Origin: Candidatus Acetothermia bacterium
Lineage (GTDB): Bacteria > Bipolaricaulota > Bipolaricaulia > M55B111
Reading direction: 5' to 3'
Assembly (NCBI GenBank): GCA_046543235.1
Contig: JBKGZT010000045.1
Span: forward strand, 1-11,365
Length of the DNA: 11,365 nucleotides
Below the pieces are notes generated by a model. It ran no database searches. It was not told the origin of the DNA and worked only from the letters and a program-made list of their open reading frames with translations. A program made the translations under genes and the position numbers. Of this stretch, positions 1-7,747 are shown piece after piece (positions within the stretch are counted from its first letter, which is position 1; every line of letters starts with the position of its first letter).

Positions 1-55
1 GTCGAACGGTTTCCAAAGCGACAACTTAATTTTACACAGTTATTTCTACACTATC
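1..55 (-). mobile_element. Terminal fragment of a probable IS256-family insertion sequence extending off the left edge
   Basis: The reverse complement read from 55 is GATAGTGTAGAAATAACTGTGTAAAATT, which fits my recollection of the G(A/G)NAGTGT...TGTGTAAA pattern of IS256-family ends. Its first 14 nt match 11352-11365 exactly. No transposase is present in the window. Confidence 0.65.
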
Positions 56-96
56 TACGGGCGGTTGTAATTAACCTTACCTTCTCTTTTCCTGAA

Positions 97-1281
97 CTAC
101 AGTAACTTCTTCCGTAATTTTTCTTTCCTGTCCGTCTTCTCCCAGGGCAGGTCCAGCTCCTCCCTTCCGAAGTGGCCATAGGCGGAAAGAGGCGTGTAGA
201 TCGGTCGCCTGAGCTGGAAGTTGTCTATTATTGCCGCCGGTCGCATATCGAAGATCTCCCGGATGGCGGAGTTCAGCTTCCTGTCACTTACTTCGCCCGT
301 TCCGAAGGTATCGACAGTTACGGCCAGGGGGTTCGCCTTTCCTATCGTATAGGCTATCTGGACCTCGCATTCGTCACTTACTCCGGCTGCAACGACGTTC
401 TTCGCTATGTATCGGGCCATGTAGGACCCCGAACGATCGACTTTGGTCGGATCCTTTCCGGAGTATGCACCACCACCGTGGCTGCCGTAGCCTCCGTACG
501 TATCGACGATTACTTTTCGGCCCGTCATTCCGGTATCGGCTGGTGGACCCCCTTTTACGAATTTGCCGGAAGAGTTGATGAAGATGTCCGTCGAATCGTC
601 CACCCACCGTCCCATCACCGGACGAATGACCCGCCTGTGAAGTTTCTCTTTCAGCTTCTCTTGTTCGATCTCGGGGTCATGCTGGGCCGCGAGGATGACC
701 GTATGTGCTCTGGTTGGCTTGTCGTCCTCGTACTCTATCGTTACCTGGGATTTCCCATCCGGTCTGAGGTGATCGAAAGATCCCGACTTTCTCTCCTCCG
801 ACAGTTTCTTGGTCAGCCTATGAGCTAGTGTAATAGGCAAGGGCATTAGCGACTTCGTTTCCCTGCAGGCGTAGCCATAAACTATTCCCTGATCCCCGGC
901 TCCGAGTTCGTCGTAGTGGTTTTTTCCGCCTTCCCCTTCCCGGATTTCCTGGGCACGGCTGACCCCATGAGAGATGTCGGGAGATTGTTCGTCGATACTG
1001 GTAAGGACCGCACAATCATCCCCGTCGAACCCGTACTTGTTGTCGTTGTAACCTACATCAAGGACGGTTTGACGAGCAACGTCGGAAATATCGACGTAAG
1101 TTTCGGTCGTTATCTCCCCGCCGACGAGAACGAGGCCCGTCGTTACGAACGTCTCGCAGGCCACTCTGCCGTCCGGGTCTTCCTTCAAAATACTATCAAG
1201 AACGGCGTCCGAAATCCTGTCCGCGACTTTGTCTGGATGGCCTTCAGTTACCGATTCCGAGGTAAAAAATCTGCCTTTCAT
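97..1281 (-). CDS. metK: S-adenosylmethionine synthetase (methionine adenosyltransferase), about 394 aa
   Basis: Motifs [56 protein letters not shown] and YGHFGR. Start moved from 1341 to the ATG at 1281 ([10 protein letters not shown]), which follows the RBS-like AAGGGTGA. Confidence 0.98.
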   Translation of the reverse strand: MKGRFFTSESVTEGHPDKVADRISDAVLDSILKEDPDGRVACETFVTTGLVLVGGEITTETYVDISDVARQTVLDVGYNDNKYGFDGDDCAVLTSIDEQSPDISHGVSRAQEIREGEGGKNHYDELGAGDQGIVYGYACRETKSLMPLPITLAHRLTKKLSEERKSGSFDHLRPDGKSQVTIEYEDDKPTRAHTVILAAQHDPEIEQEKLKEKLHRRVIRPVMGRWVDDSTDIFINSSGKFVKGGPPADTGMTGRKVIVDTYGGYGSHGGGAYSGKDPTKVDRSGSYMARYIAKNVVAAGVSDECEVQIAYTIGKANPLAVTVDTFGTGEVSDRKLNSAIREIFDMRPAAIIDNFQLRRPIYTPLSAYGHFGREELDLPWEKTDRKEKLRKKLL

Positions 1282-1312
1282 TTTTTCACCCTTTATGCTT
1301 TCGATATGGCAA

Positions 1313-1341
1313 AGTGTATAGAATGAGGAGTTGAGCGTCAA
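1313..1341 (-). promoter_or_regulatory. Sigma70-type promoter for metK
   Basis: Minus-strand TTGACG (1341-1336), 17-nt spacer, TACACT (1318-1313). Implies a 5' UTR of only about 25 nt. Confidence 0.65.
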
Positions 1342-1396
1342 TAAACTTGCCTTAGGTGTTAATATATTGGAGTTGGCAGATCAGGATATTAATTGA

Positions 1397-1424
1397 TTGA
1401 AAGCGGGCGGGCTTTTCTTATAAT
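1397..1424 (+). promoter_or_regulatory. Sigma70-type promoter for the methyltransferase-BCCT unit
   Basis: TTGAAA (1397-1402), 16-nt spacer, perfect TATAAT (1419-1424). Confidence 0.65.
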
Positions 1425-1440
1425 GTGAATAAATTCATAA
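1423..1440. promoter_or_regulatory. Palindromic operator, Rex-like (also CRP-family-like)
   Basis: ATGTGAA-TAAA-TTCATAA has 2 mismatches to the Rex consensus TTGTGAA-N4-TTCACAA and overlaps the -10 box and predicted start site. Confidence 0.5.
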
Positions 1441-1598
1441 GCGACGCTTCTCAGGGCTGTGTCACATAAAAGCGACGAGAAGTTTAAGGAGGGGGATACC
1501 CGATAACTCTCCCGGCCCCTTTTTGAACCTGTCTTTTACGTAAACGGCAAAAAAGGGGGTCGATTTCGGTTCGGGAATCGAAATCGAAAGGAGGTAAC

Positions 1599-3017
1599 AT
1601 GATAAAGCAAAATTTTCTCCGAGAAGACCTTTTGGAAGAAGAGGATATCGAGAAAATACACAGGACTTCGATGGAGTTATTCGAAGAGACAGGGGTGGAG
1701 ATCAATAACGAGAAGGCGAAGGAAGTTTTTCAGGAGAACGGGGCCAGGGTCGAAGATGGCAAGGTATTTCTCGATGGAGAAACCGTCGAGAAATACCTCG
1801 AAAAGGTCCCGTCTTCCTTTACCCTGCACGCTCGCAACCCGGATAACAGCGTAGAAATCGGCGGCAATAGCGGAGTCCTTGCTCCGGGGTATGGGGCTCC
1901 GTGGGTCACTGATATGGATGGTAACAACCGGGATGCGACCTACGAGGACTACGAGGACTTTACCAAGCTTGCCTCGGCTAGCGACAACCTGGACGTACTT
2001 GGAGGCGTACTCGTCGAGCCGACTGACCTGGCGGACGAGGAGAGACACGTCAAGATGATGTATGCGGCCGCCAAGTACTCGGACAAGCCGCTGATGGGTT
2101 CCGCTCTCGGGAAGAAGAAGGCCAGGGAAGCGATTCAGATGGCCAGTCTCTTGATGGGCGAGGACGAGATAATCTGTGATCGTCCGATAGTAATCACACT
2201 GATAAACACCACAAGTCCGCTCGGCTACGACGATAGGATGCTCCAGGCTCTGATGGAACACGCCCGGTTCAACCAGCCGACGGTTATCGCCTCCTTGATC
2301 ATGGCGGGTTCCACGGGTCCGGTTTCGGTTGCCGGGACGATAACGCTCCAGAACGTCGAAGTATTGACCGGCGTGGTGCTTTCTCAGATGGTCAATCCCG
2401 GTACTCCCGTCGTCTACGGGTCGGCATCGACGATAGTTGACATGAATACTGGTGACCTCGCCGTCGGAAGTCCAGAATACGCGAAGTTCATCGGTGCGAC
2501 TGCCCAGCTTGCCCGGCACTACGACATTCCCTGCCGTGGCGGTGGATCGATAACTGATTCGTTGCTTGCAGACGGTCAGGCGGGTTACGAATCGATGATG
2601 ACCTTCGACGCGTCGATGAGTCACGGTATGGATTTCGTACTCCACTCCGCCGGTCTGCTAAAGAATTACATGGCCATGTCCTACGAAAAGTTCGTTCTGG
2701 ACGATGAAATCCTGGATATGGTCAACAACTACCAGAAGGGGCTGAAAGTCAACGAAGAGACGATAGCAAAGGACGCAATTCAGAGTGTGGGCCATTCCGG
2801 GCATTACCTGAAGGAACCCAGCACGATCAAGCACATGAAGGACTTCCGGGTACCGAACCTGAGTAACAGGAAGGGGTTCGATTCCGAGGAGGGTCTCAAA
2901 CCCACTGTCCAGCGAGCCCACGAACGATGCGAGGCTTTGCTCGAGGACTTCGAGGCTCCGCCACTCGATCCCACAATAGACGAAAAGCTGAGGGATTACA
3001 TGGAGAAAGTTACTTAA
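1599..3017 (+). CDS. Trimethylamine methyltransferase (MttB) superfamily protein lacking pyrrolysine; probable glycine betaine/quaternary amine:corrinoid methyltransferase (MtgB-like)
   Basis: Motifs IHRTSMELFEETGVE, PSSFTLHARNP, INTTSPL, MAGSTGPVSVAGT, SQMVNPGTPVVYG, GSPE, RGGGSITDS...DGQAGYES and HSAG..SYEKFVLDDE. No in-frame TAG. RBS AAGGAGGT at 1588-1595. Confidence 0.92.
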   Translation: MIKQNFLREDLLEEEDIEKIHRTSMELFEETGVEINNEKAKEVFQENGARVEDGKVFLDGETVEKYLEKVPSSFTLHARNPDNSVEIGGNSGVLAPGYGAPWVTDMDGNNRDATYEDYEDFTKLASASDNLDVLGGVLVEPTDLADEERHVKMMYAAAKYSDKPLMGSALGKKKAREAIQMASLLMGEDEIICDRPIVITLINTTSPLGYDDRMLQALMEHARFNQPTVIASLIMAGSTGPVSVAGTITLQNVEVLTGVVLSQMVNPGTPVVYGSASTIVDMNTGDLAVGSPEYAKFIGATAQLARHYDIPCRGGGSITDSLLADGQAGYESMMTFDASMSHGMDFVLHSAGLLKNYMAMSYEKFVLDDEILDMVNNYQKGLKVNEETIAKDAIQSVGHSGHYLKEPSTIKHMKDFRVPNLSNRKGFDSEEGLKPTVQRAHERCEALLEDFEAPPLDPTIDEKLRDYMEKVT

Positions 3018-3187
3018 CCTTTCAGCCGGATTTCGGAAGGTTCATTCTAGGTCCAATCGGGGCCATCCGAAAGTTTGTCTTTACTTAGCGTGTCTTGGAA
3101 AACTTATCCAGCGGGTTTCGTTTATACGTTTCGAAACCCTAACCATTCAGGCGTTACCTTTACTTAAAAAATCAAAAGGGGGTTTTT

Positions 3188-4699
3188 ATGTCCAATTTGG
3201 AAAATAACGAAAGGTCTTACGATCCTTATATCTTTTGGTTTTCCGCGATGTTGATCGTCGGTTTCATCGTATGGTCGGTGGCGTTTCCGGCAAACATGGA
3301 GAACGTGGTAAATGAGGCATTTACCTACATAACCACTTCATGGGCCTGGCTCTGGCTGCTGACTGCCTTCCTGCTGGTGATGGGGGCTTTCATCATGCTG
3401 TTTACCGATTACGGGAAGATGAAGCTCGGAAAACCGGAAGACGAACCGGATATCTCGAAGTTTAGCTGGTTTTCCATGCTTTTCGGAGCCGCGATCGCGG
3501 CAGGTATAGTGTTCTACGGTCCCGCCGAGCCGGCCTACCACTTCATGACGCCACCTCCGTTTTTCGGCGGGGAGGCAATGACGGATGCCGCTGCGAACGA
3601 CGCGATGACTACCTCTTTCTTTCACTGGGGGCTGACGCCGTGGGCCATTTACGTTATGTTGACAATACCTTTGGCCCACGCCTGCTATACCAAGGACCTT
3701 CCCTTCAGGCTTTCCAGCGCCTTTTACTACGTAATCGGTGACAGGGTTAGGGGCTTCTGGGGCAAGGTGATTGACGTGATTGGCGTCTTTGCCACGGTCG
3801 GAGGATTGTCAACCACGACCGGCCTCATTGCCCTCCAGTTTTCGTCCGGGCTCAAGTACCATTACGGGCTGGAGGTGCCGGAATACGGGATTTACCTCAT
3901 CATCGGTATCCTGACTGCGATATTTACCCTGGCAGTCTATACCGGCGTCCATAAAGGGATCAAGTTGATCGGGGATCTCAACATGTGGCTCTTCATTACT
4001 GTCTTTTTCTTCGTATTTGTCTTTGGGCCGACCCTGTTCTTCCTCAACCTGACGACGAACGCGATCGGGGACTACGCCCTTAACTTCATTCCGTTGAGCC
4101 TCTTTACCGGAGGGGCGAACGAGGGCGCTCTCGACTGGCTGGGAAGCTGGACCATCTTCTACTGGGCCTGGTGGATTGCCTGGGCACCGTTCGTGGCGTT
4201 GTTTATCGCCAGAATCTCCAAAGGAAGGACCATCAGGGAGACCATTGGAGCGACTTTGCTTCTACCGACGCTGGCCAACTTTCTCTGGTACGGCGTCGTC
4301 GGTGGAGCCGGGATTAGCTTCGATATTACGGAGGCGCTGAGTGAACACGGACTTGAGAGCGCGATCTTTGCGACTATCCGGAACCTGCCGCTTACCCCGC
4401 TGCTTGCAGTGGCCGTACTCTTCTTAATTGCGGGCTTTTTCCTGACCAGCGCTAACGGGGCCGCCATGGCTCTCTGCATGTTCGTATCCGGGGAAGAGAA
4501 ACCTAACAAACACATCCGGGTTTTCTGGGGAATTACCCTAGGAGTTATCGGTGCGATACTGGCCGCGACGGGGAGTTTGAACGTCATCCAAACGGCGTCG
4601 ATCGTGACGGCCTTCCCCCTTATGTTCTTGCTGATCGTACTGCTTTTTGGTACTTTCCGTGGATTGAGGCGTTACAAAGAAGAGGAACTGGAGAGCTAG
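3188..4699 (+). CDS. BCCT family (betaine/carnitine/choline) transporter, 503 aa
   Basis: About 12 hydrophobic segments. Motifs KLGKPEDEP..FSWFSMLF, FYGPAEP, FFHWGLTPWAIY and WTIFYWAWWIAWAPFV.LFIARISKGRTIRE. Confidence 0.96.
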   Translation: MSNLENNERSYDPYIFWFSAMLIVGFIVWSVAFPANMENVVNEAFTYITTSWAWLWLLTAFLLVMGAFIMLFTDYGKMKLGKPEDEPDISKFSWFSMLFGAAIAAGIVFYGPAEPAYHFMTPPPFFGGEAMTDAAANDAMTTSFFHWGLTPWAIYVMLTIPLAHACYTKDLPFRLSSAFYYVIGDRVRGFWGKVIDVIGVFATVGGLSTTTGLIALQFSSGLKYHYGLEVPEYGIYLIIGILTAIFTLAVYTGVHKGIKLIGDLNMWLFITVFFFVFVFGPTLFFLNLTTNAIGDYALNFIPLSLFTGGANEGALDWLGSWTIFYWAWWIAWAPFVALFIARISKGRTIRETIGATLLLPTLANFLWYGVVGGAGISFDITEALSEHGLESAIFATIRNLPLTPLLAVAVLFLIAGFFLTSANGAAMALCMFVSGEEKPNKHIRVFWGITLGVIGAILAATGSLNVIQTASIVTAFPLMFLLIVLLFGTFRGLRRYKEEELES

Positions 4700-4732
4700 A
4701 CCGATCGAATAGTACTGGAGTTAGTATCCTAT

Positions 4733-4774
4733 CCCACGGCCGGGTATATCGTATCCGGTCGTGGGTTTTATTTT
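4733..4774 (+). terminator. Intrinsic terminator after the BCCT gene
   Basis: CCCACGGCCGGGTAT-atc-GTATCCGGTCGTGGG stem (15 bp including G-U pairs) followed by TTTTATTTT. Confidence 0.85.
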
Positions 4775-4786
4775 AACGAGTCAGAC

Positions 4787-5001
4787 TAGCTCCCGAGTTG
4801 GGAAATTTCCGACTCGCGTGCTCAAACTGATGCCTTCATGGTAGTGGTTTTCATTACTAGGAAGCATGGTGCATAAAAAACTAAATCCATTTGGTTATGG
4901 AAATATCCCTCCCCGGGAATTACCTGAGGAAGCCTCAGCTAATTCCCGGCTCGGTTAGACATATGCGCCGCGTCGCTGGAATTTTCCCAACTCGGGAGCT
5001 A
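4787..5001. mobile_element. 215-bp MITE-like element, or structured ncRNA, bounded by 24-bp inverted repeats
   Basis: TAGCTCCCGAGTTGGGAAATTTCC (4787-4810) versus GGAATTTTCCCAACTCGGGAGCTA (4978-5001): 23/24 complementary. TA at both extremities, internal hairpins, and no ORF in the supplied track. Confidence 0.65.
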
Positions 5002-5189
5002 TTACGTTAATTGCGATCTAAGTGCCGGAACCGTGCCCGCTAGCCTCCGATGGGATTTTGCTGAATGTCCTCCAAAGCTTTCAAAGCCGTATAACCCTTA
5101 ATCACCCTGGAGTCAATTTAGATTTGTTTATATTCTCCAGGTCGGAGTAATAGAGCTAAGTATGTTGCCCAGACAGGTGATTATCCACC

Positions 5190-5218
5190 TTGAAAGGCGA
5201 AAAGCCTTTCTGTAGTAT
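5190..5218 (+). promoter_or_regulatory. Sigma70-type promoter for the leader ORF and thr operon, overlapped by an inverted repeat
   Basis: TTGAAA (5190-5195), 17-nt spacer, TAGTAT (5213-5218). GAAAGGC-N5-GCCTTTC (5192-5210) lies across the -35 box and spacer. Confidence 0.55.
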
Positions 5219-5256
5219 AACCTAAACCCAATTTAACTACCGGAAGAGGATTGTCA

Positions 5257-5400
5257 ATGAAATTTGAAGATAATTTAGACAGTTTCAACCAGGACGCGGC
5301 AGTTTCCCTTTCCGGTGCTCCTTCCGTTTCCATCTCCACGTCGATTGGCACGACTAGCCAGATGACGGGGGCTCCTGCCCCTACCGTAAGCCTACTCTAA
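5257..5400 (+). CDS. Putative 47-aa Ser/Thr-rich leader peptide upstream of thrC
   Basis: ATG 5257 to TAA 5400 translates as MKFEDNLDSFNQDAAVSLSGAPSVSISTSIGTTSQMTGAPAPTVSLL. RBS-like GGAAGAGGA (5242-5250) and a promoter lie just upstream. Absent from the supplied ORF track, whose shortest entries are about 60 aa. Confidence 0.55.
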   Translation: MKFEDNLDSFNQDAAVSLSGAPSVSISTSIGTTSQMTGAPAPTVSLL

Positions 5401-5503
5401 TACGACTTTTCCTCTACGACTTATCCAGTATTCTATTTTTAACTTTTGACGGTTAATCCATTTAAAACCATAACTTGAAACAGTATGTCCAGGAGGTTTT
5501 TCC

Positions 5504-6559
5504 ATGCAGTGGAAAGGTGTACTTCATAAGTATTTTGATTACCTGCCCGTAAACGACAGAAATAACGTGGTAAGTTTAACCGAAGGGAACACCCCTCTGA
5601 TAAGGGCGAAGAGCCTGGAAGAAGAACTGGAGGACGACCTGGAAGTATATCTAAAGTACGAAGGAGCAAACCCGACCGGATCGTTCAAGGACAGGGGAAT
5701 GACGGTTGCGGTTTCCAAGGCGGTGGAGGAGGGTGAGGAGGCGGTTATCTGTGCTTCTACCGGAAATACCTCCGCTTCGGCCGCCGCATTTGCTGCCCGA
5801 TCGGGGCTCGAAGCTATAGTCGTGATTCCCGAGGGAAAGATCGCGTTCGGGAAGCTGTCACAGGCGATGATGCACGGTGCCAACGTGGTCCAGATAGACG
5901 GGAACTTTGACGAGGCACTGGAGCTCGTCCTTGAAATATCTGAGAACTATCCCGTGACCCTGGTCAACTCGCTTAACCCGAATAGGATCGAGGGCCAGAA
6001 AACTGCTTCTTTCGAGATATCGGATTTCCTGGGGAGGGCCCCCGATTATCACCTCCTCCCCGTGGGAAACGCCGGAAACATAACAGCTTACTGGAAGGGC
6101 TACAAGGAGTACCACGAGGCCGGTGAAACGGAACGGTTGCCCAAAATGACCGGATTTCAGGCCGCGGGGGCCTCTCCGATAGTTGATGGTAAAAAGGTAG
6201 AAAACCCCGAGACCGTGGCGACGGCGATTCGAATCGGGAATCCTGCCAGCTGGGAAAAAGCCGAGAGAGCGCGGGACGAGTCCGGCGGGGACATTGGTAA
6301 GGCAACGGACGAGGAATTGGTGGATGCCTACCGGGCTCTGGCCGATACGGAGGGGGTCTTCTGCGAGCCCGCCTCTGCGGCCTCCGTCGCCGGTTTGTTC
6401 AAGAAGGACGGGACCGGTTATTTCGAGCAGGGAAGCGTCGTTACCTGCACCCTGACCGGACATGGACTCAAGGACCCGGACATAGCGATAGAGTCGAGCG
6501 AGGAGCCTGAGTCGGTGGGGAACGACGTCGTCGAGGTGCTGGAGGTAGCGGATATATGA
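5504..6559 (+). CDS. thrC: Threonine synthase (PLP-dependent, short type)
   Basis: Motifs [23 protein letters not shown] (PLP lysine), [45 protein letters not shown] and [17 protein letters not shown] at 5491-5496. Confidence 0.97.
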   Translation: MQWKGVLHKYFDYLPVNDRNNVVSLTEGNTPLIRAKSLEEELEDDLEVYLKYEGANPTGSFKDRGMTVAVSKAVEEGEEAVICASTGNTSASAAAFAARSGLEAIVVIPEGKIAFGKLSQAMMHGANVVQIDGNFDEALELVLEISENYPVTLVNSLNPNRIEGQKTASFEISDFLGRAPDYHLLPVGNAGNITAYWKGYKEYHEAGETERLPKMTGFQAAGASPIVDGKKVENPETVATAIRIGNPASWEKAERARDESGGDIGKATDEELVDAYRALADTEGVFCEPASAASVAGLFKKDGTGYFEQGSVVTCTLTGHGLKDPDIAIESSEEPESVGNDVVEVLEVADI

Positions 6560-7746
6560 AGTACGTGGTAGTTCAGGGAGACGGGATGGCCGATAAACCC
6601 CTGGAAGAACTTTCCGGGCGGACCCCTCTGGAGGCCGCGAACACACCTAATATGGACGAGGTTGCCGATTGTGGAAAACTGGGGTTGGTTGAGACCATTC
6701 CATCTCCGTTACCGCCAGGCAGTTCCGTGGGAAACATCAGCCTGATGGGGCTCGATCCGGAAAAGTACTATACGGGTCGTGCCCCTCTGGAGGCTGAAGG
6801 TCAGGGGTTAGAAATCGAGGAAAGCGACCTGGTCTTTCGCTGTAACCTGGTAAAATTCGGCGAGAACGGCGGGATCAGAGTGATGGAAGACTACAGCGGT
6901 GGTCATCCCACGGATTTGGAAGCCGAGAAGGGGATAGATGCCCTGAAGGAGGAGCTGGAGGGGAGCCACTTCCGGCTCTACCAGGGGGTAAGTTACCGCA
7001 ATTTGCTCGTATGGAAGGGCGGGAGGAACGAAGTGGACTGGGAGGAACTTGAACTGACACCTCCTCACGACATCACCGGGATGAAAACCGAAGAGTATTT
7101 ACCACGTGGGGGCGGGTCAGAAGTTCTCAGAGATCTGCAGGACCTCGGAAGAAATGTTTTAAGGAGGAACGGTGATGGATTTAACGGTATCTGGTTGTGG
7201 GGTGCCGGGGTCAGGCCCGAAATACCTACGCTCCAGGAGAGATACGGCCTGGACGGGGCCGTGATAAGCGCCGTGGATCTTATCAAGGGTATTGGCAGTT
7301 ATGCCGGCCTGGAACCGCTGGAGATCGAGGGAGCCACGGGTTTTATCGATACCAACTACGAAGGAAAGGTAAGAGCCGCCCTCGAACATCTGGACGAGGG
7401 TGGGATGGTCTTCCTGCATGTGGAGGCTCCGGACGAGGCTTCTCACATGGGTGACCTTCAGCTAAAACTGGAGGCGATTGAAAAAGTAGACCGAAACGTA
7501 GTCGCCCCAATTCGGGAGGCGCTGGAAGCTGAGACCGCGGCTAGAATGATGGTCTTAACCGATCACCTGACTAGTATCGAATCCGGAACTCACGAGAGAG
7601 GGTCGGTCCCTTTTGCCTTTTCCGGGGCCGGAGTCGAAGACTCCACGAACGAAGGGGGTTTCTCGGAAAGGGAGGCCGAAAAAAGGAAATTAAACCTCCC
7701 GGGGGGACCTGAGTTGATGGATCTGTTTTTATCAGTGGAGGGATAA
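6556..7746 (+). CDS. apgM: ApgM-type cofactor-independent phosphoglycerate mutase family protein (proposed homoserine kinase subfamily)
   Basis: Motifs [21 protein letters not shown] (catalytic Ser), [23 protein letters not shown] and [16 protein letters not shown] overlap with the thrC stop codon. Confidence 0.9.
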   Translation: MKYVVVQGDGMADKPLEELSGRTPLEAANTPNMDEVADCGKLGLVETIPSPLPPGSSVGNISLMGLDPEKYYTGRAPLEAEGQGLEIEESDLVFRCNLVKFGENGGIRVMEDYSGGHPTDLEAEKGIDALKEELEGSHFRLYQGVSYRNLLVWKGGRNEVDWEELELTPPHDITGMKTEEYLPRGGGSEVLRDLQDLGRNVLRRNGDGFNGIWLWGAGVRPEIPTLQERYGLDGAVISAVDLIKGIGSYAGLEPLEIEGATGFIDTNYEGKVRAALEHLDEGGMVFLHVEAPDEASHMGDLQLKLEAIEKVDRNVVAPIREALEAETAARMMVLTDHLTSIESGTHERGSVPFAFSGAGVEDSTNEGGFSEREAEKRKLNLPGGPELMDLFLSVEG

Positions 7747-7747
7747 G

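Noticed and set aside
42-55. ATTTCTAC resembles the start of a Cas12a CRISPR repeat
   Set aside because: No repeat-spacer array and no closing GTAGAT in the right position. An IS terminal repeat explains it better.
56-63. Flanks TACGGGCG and TACGGAGG (11344-11351) as a target-site duplication implying a circular molecule with one IS
   Set aside because: Only 6 of 8 bases match, and there is no replication gene in the window.
1282-1341. SAM riboswitch upstream of metK, and the longer TTG start at 1341
   Set aside because: No SAM-I or SMK consensus is visible. The predicted promoter leaves about 25 nt of UTR, and the TTG is the -35 box.
1447-1457. TTCTCAGGGC resembles the 5' end of an FMN riboswitch
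   Set aside because: The following GGGTGAAATTCCC and all later conserved blocks are missing.
3018-3187. Hairpins between the methyltransferase and BCCT genes, e.g. GGGTTTCG/CGAAACCC at 3113-3139
   Set aside because: Large loops, no U-tract and no recognisable motif. At most mRNA-stability elements.
4787-5001. Retron msr-msd, 6S RNA or SRP RNA
   Set aside because: No reverse transcriptase nearby, the branched fold is unlike the 6S rod, and the SRP domain IV motif is absent.
5106-5141. CCTGGAG/CTCCAGG inverted repeat
   Set aside because: Only 7 bp with a 22-nt loop and no supporting context.
5181-5189. DnaA-box-like TTATCCACC
   Set aside because: Single imperfect box; no cluster or origin context.
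5257-5400. RiPP precursor (acidic N-terminus, Ser/Thr-rich C-terminus)
   Set aside because: No modification enzymes, protease or exporter in the window. Its position ahead of thrC fits a leader peptide better.
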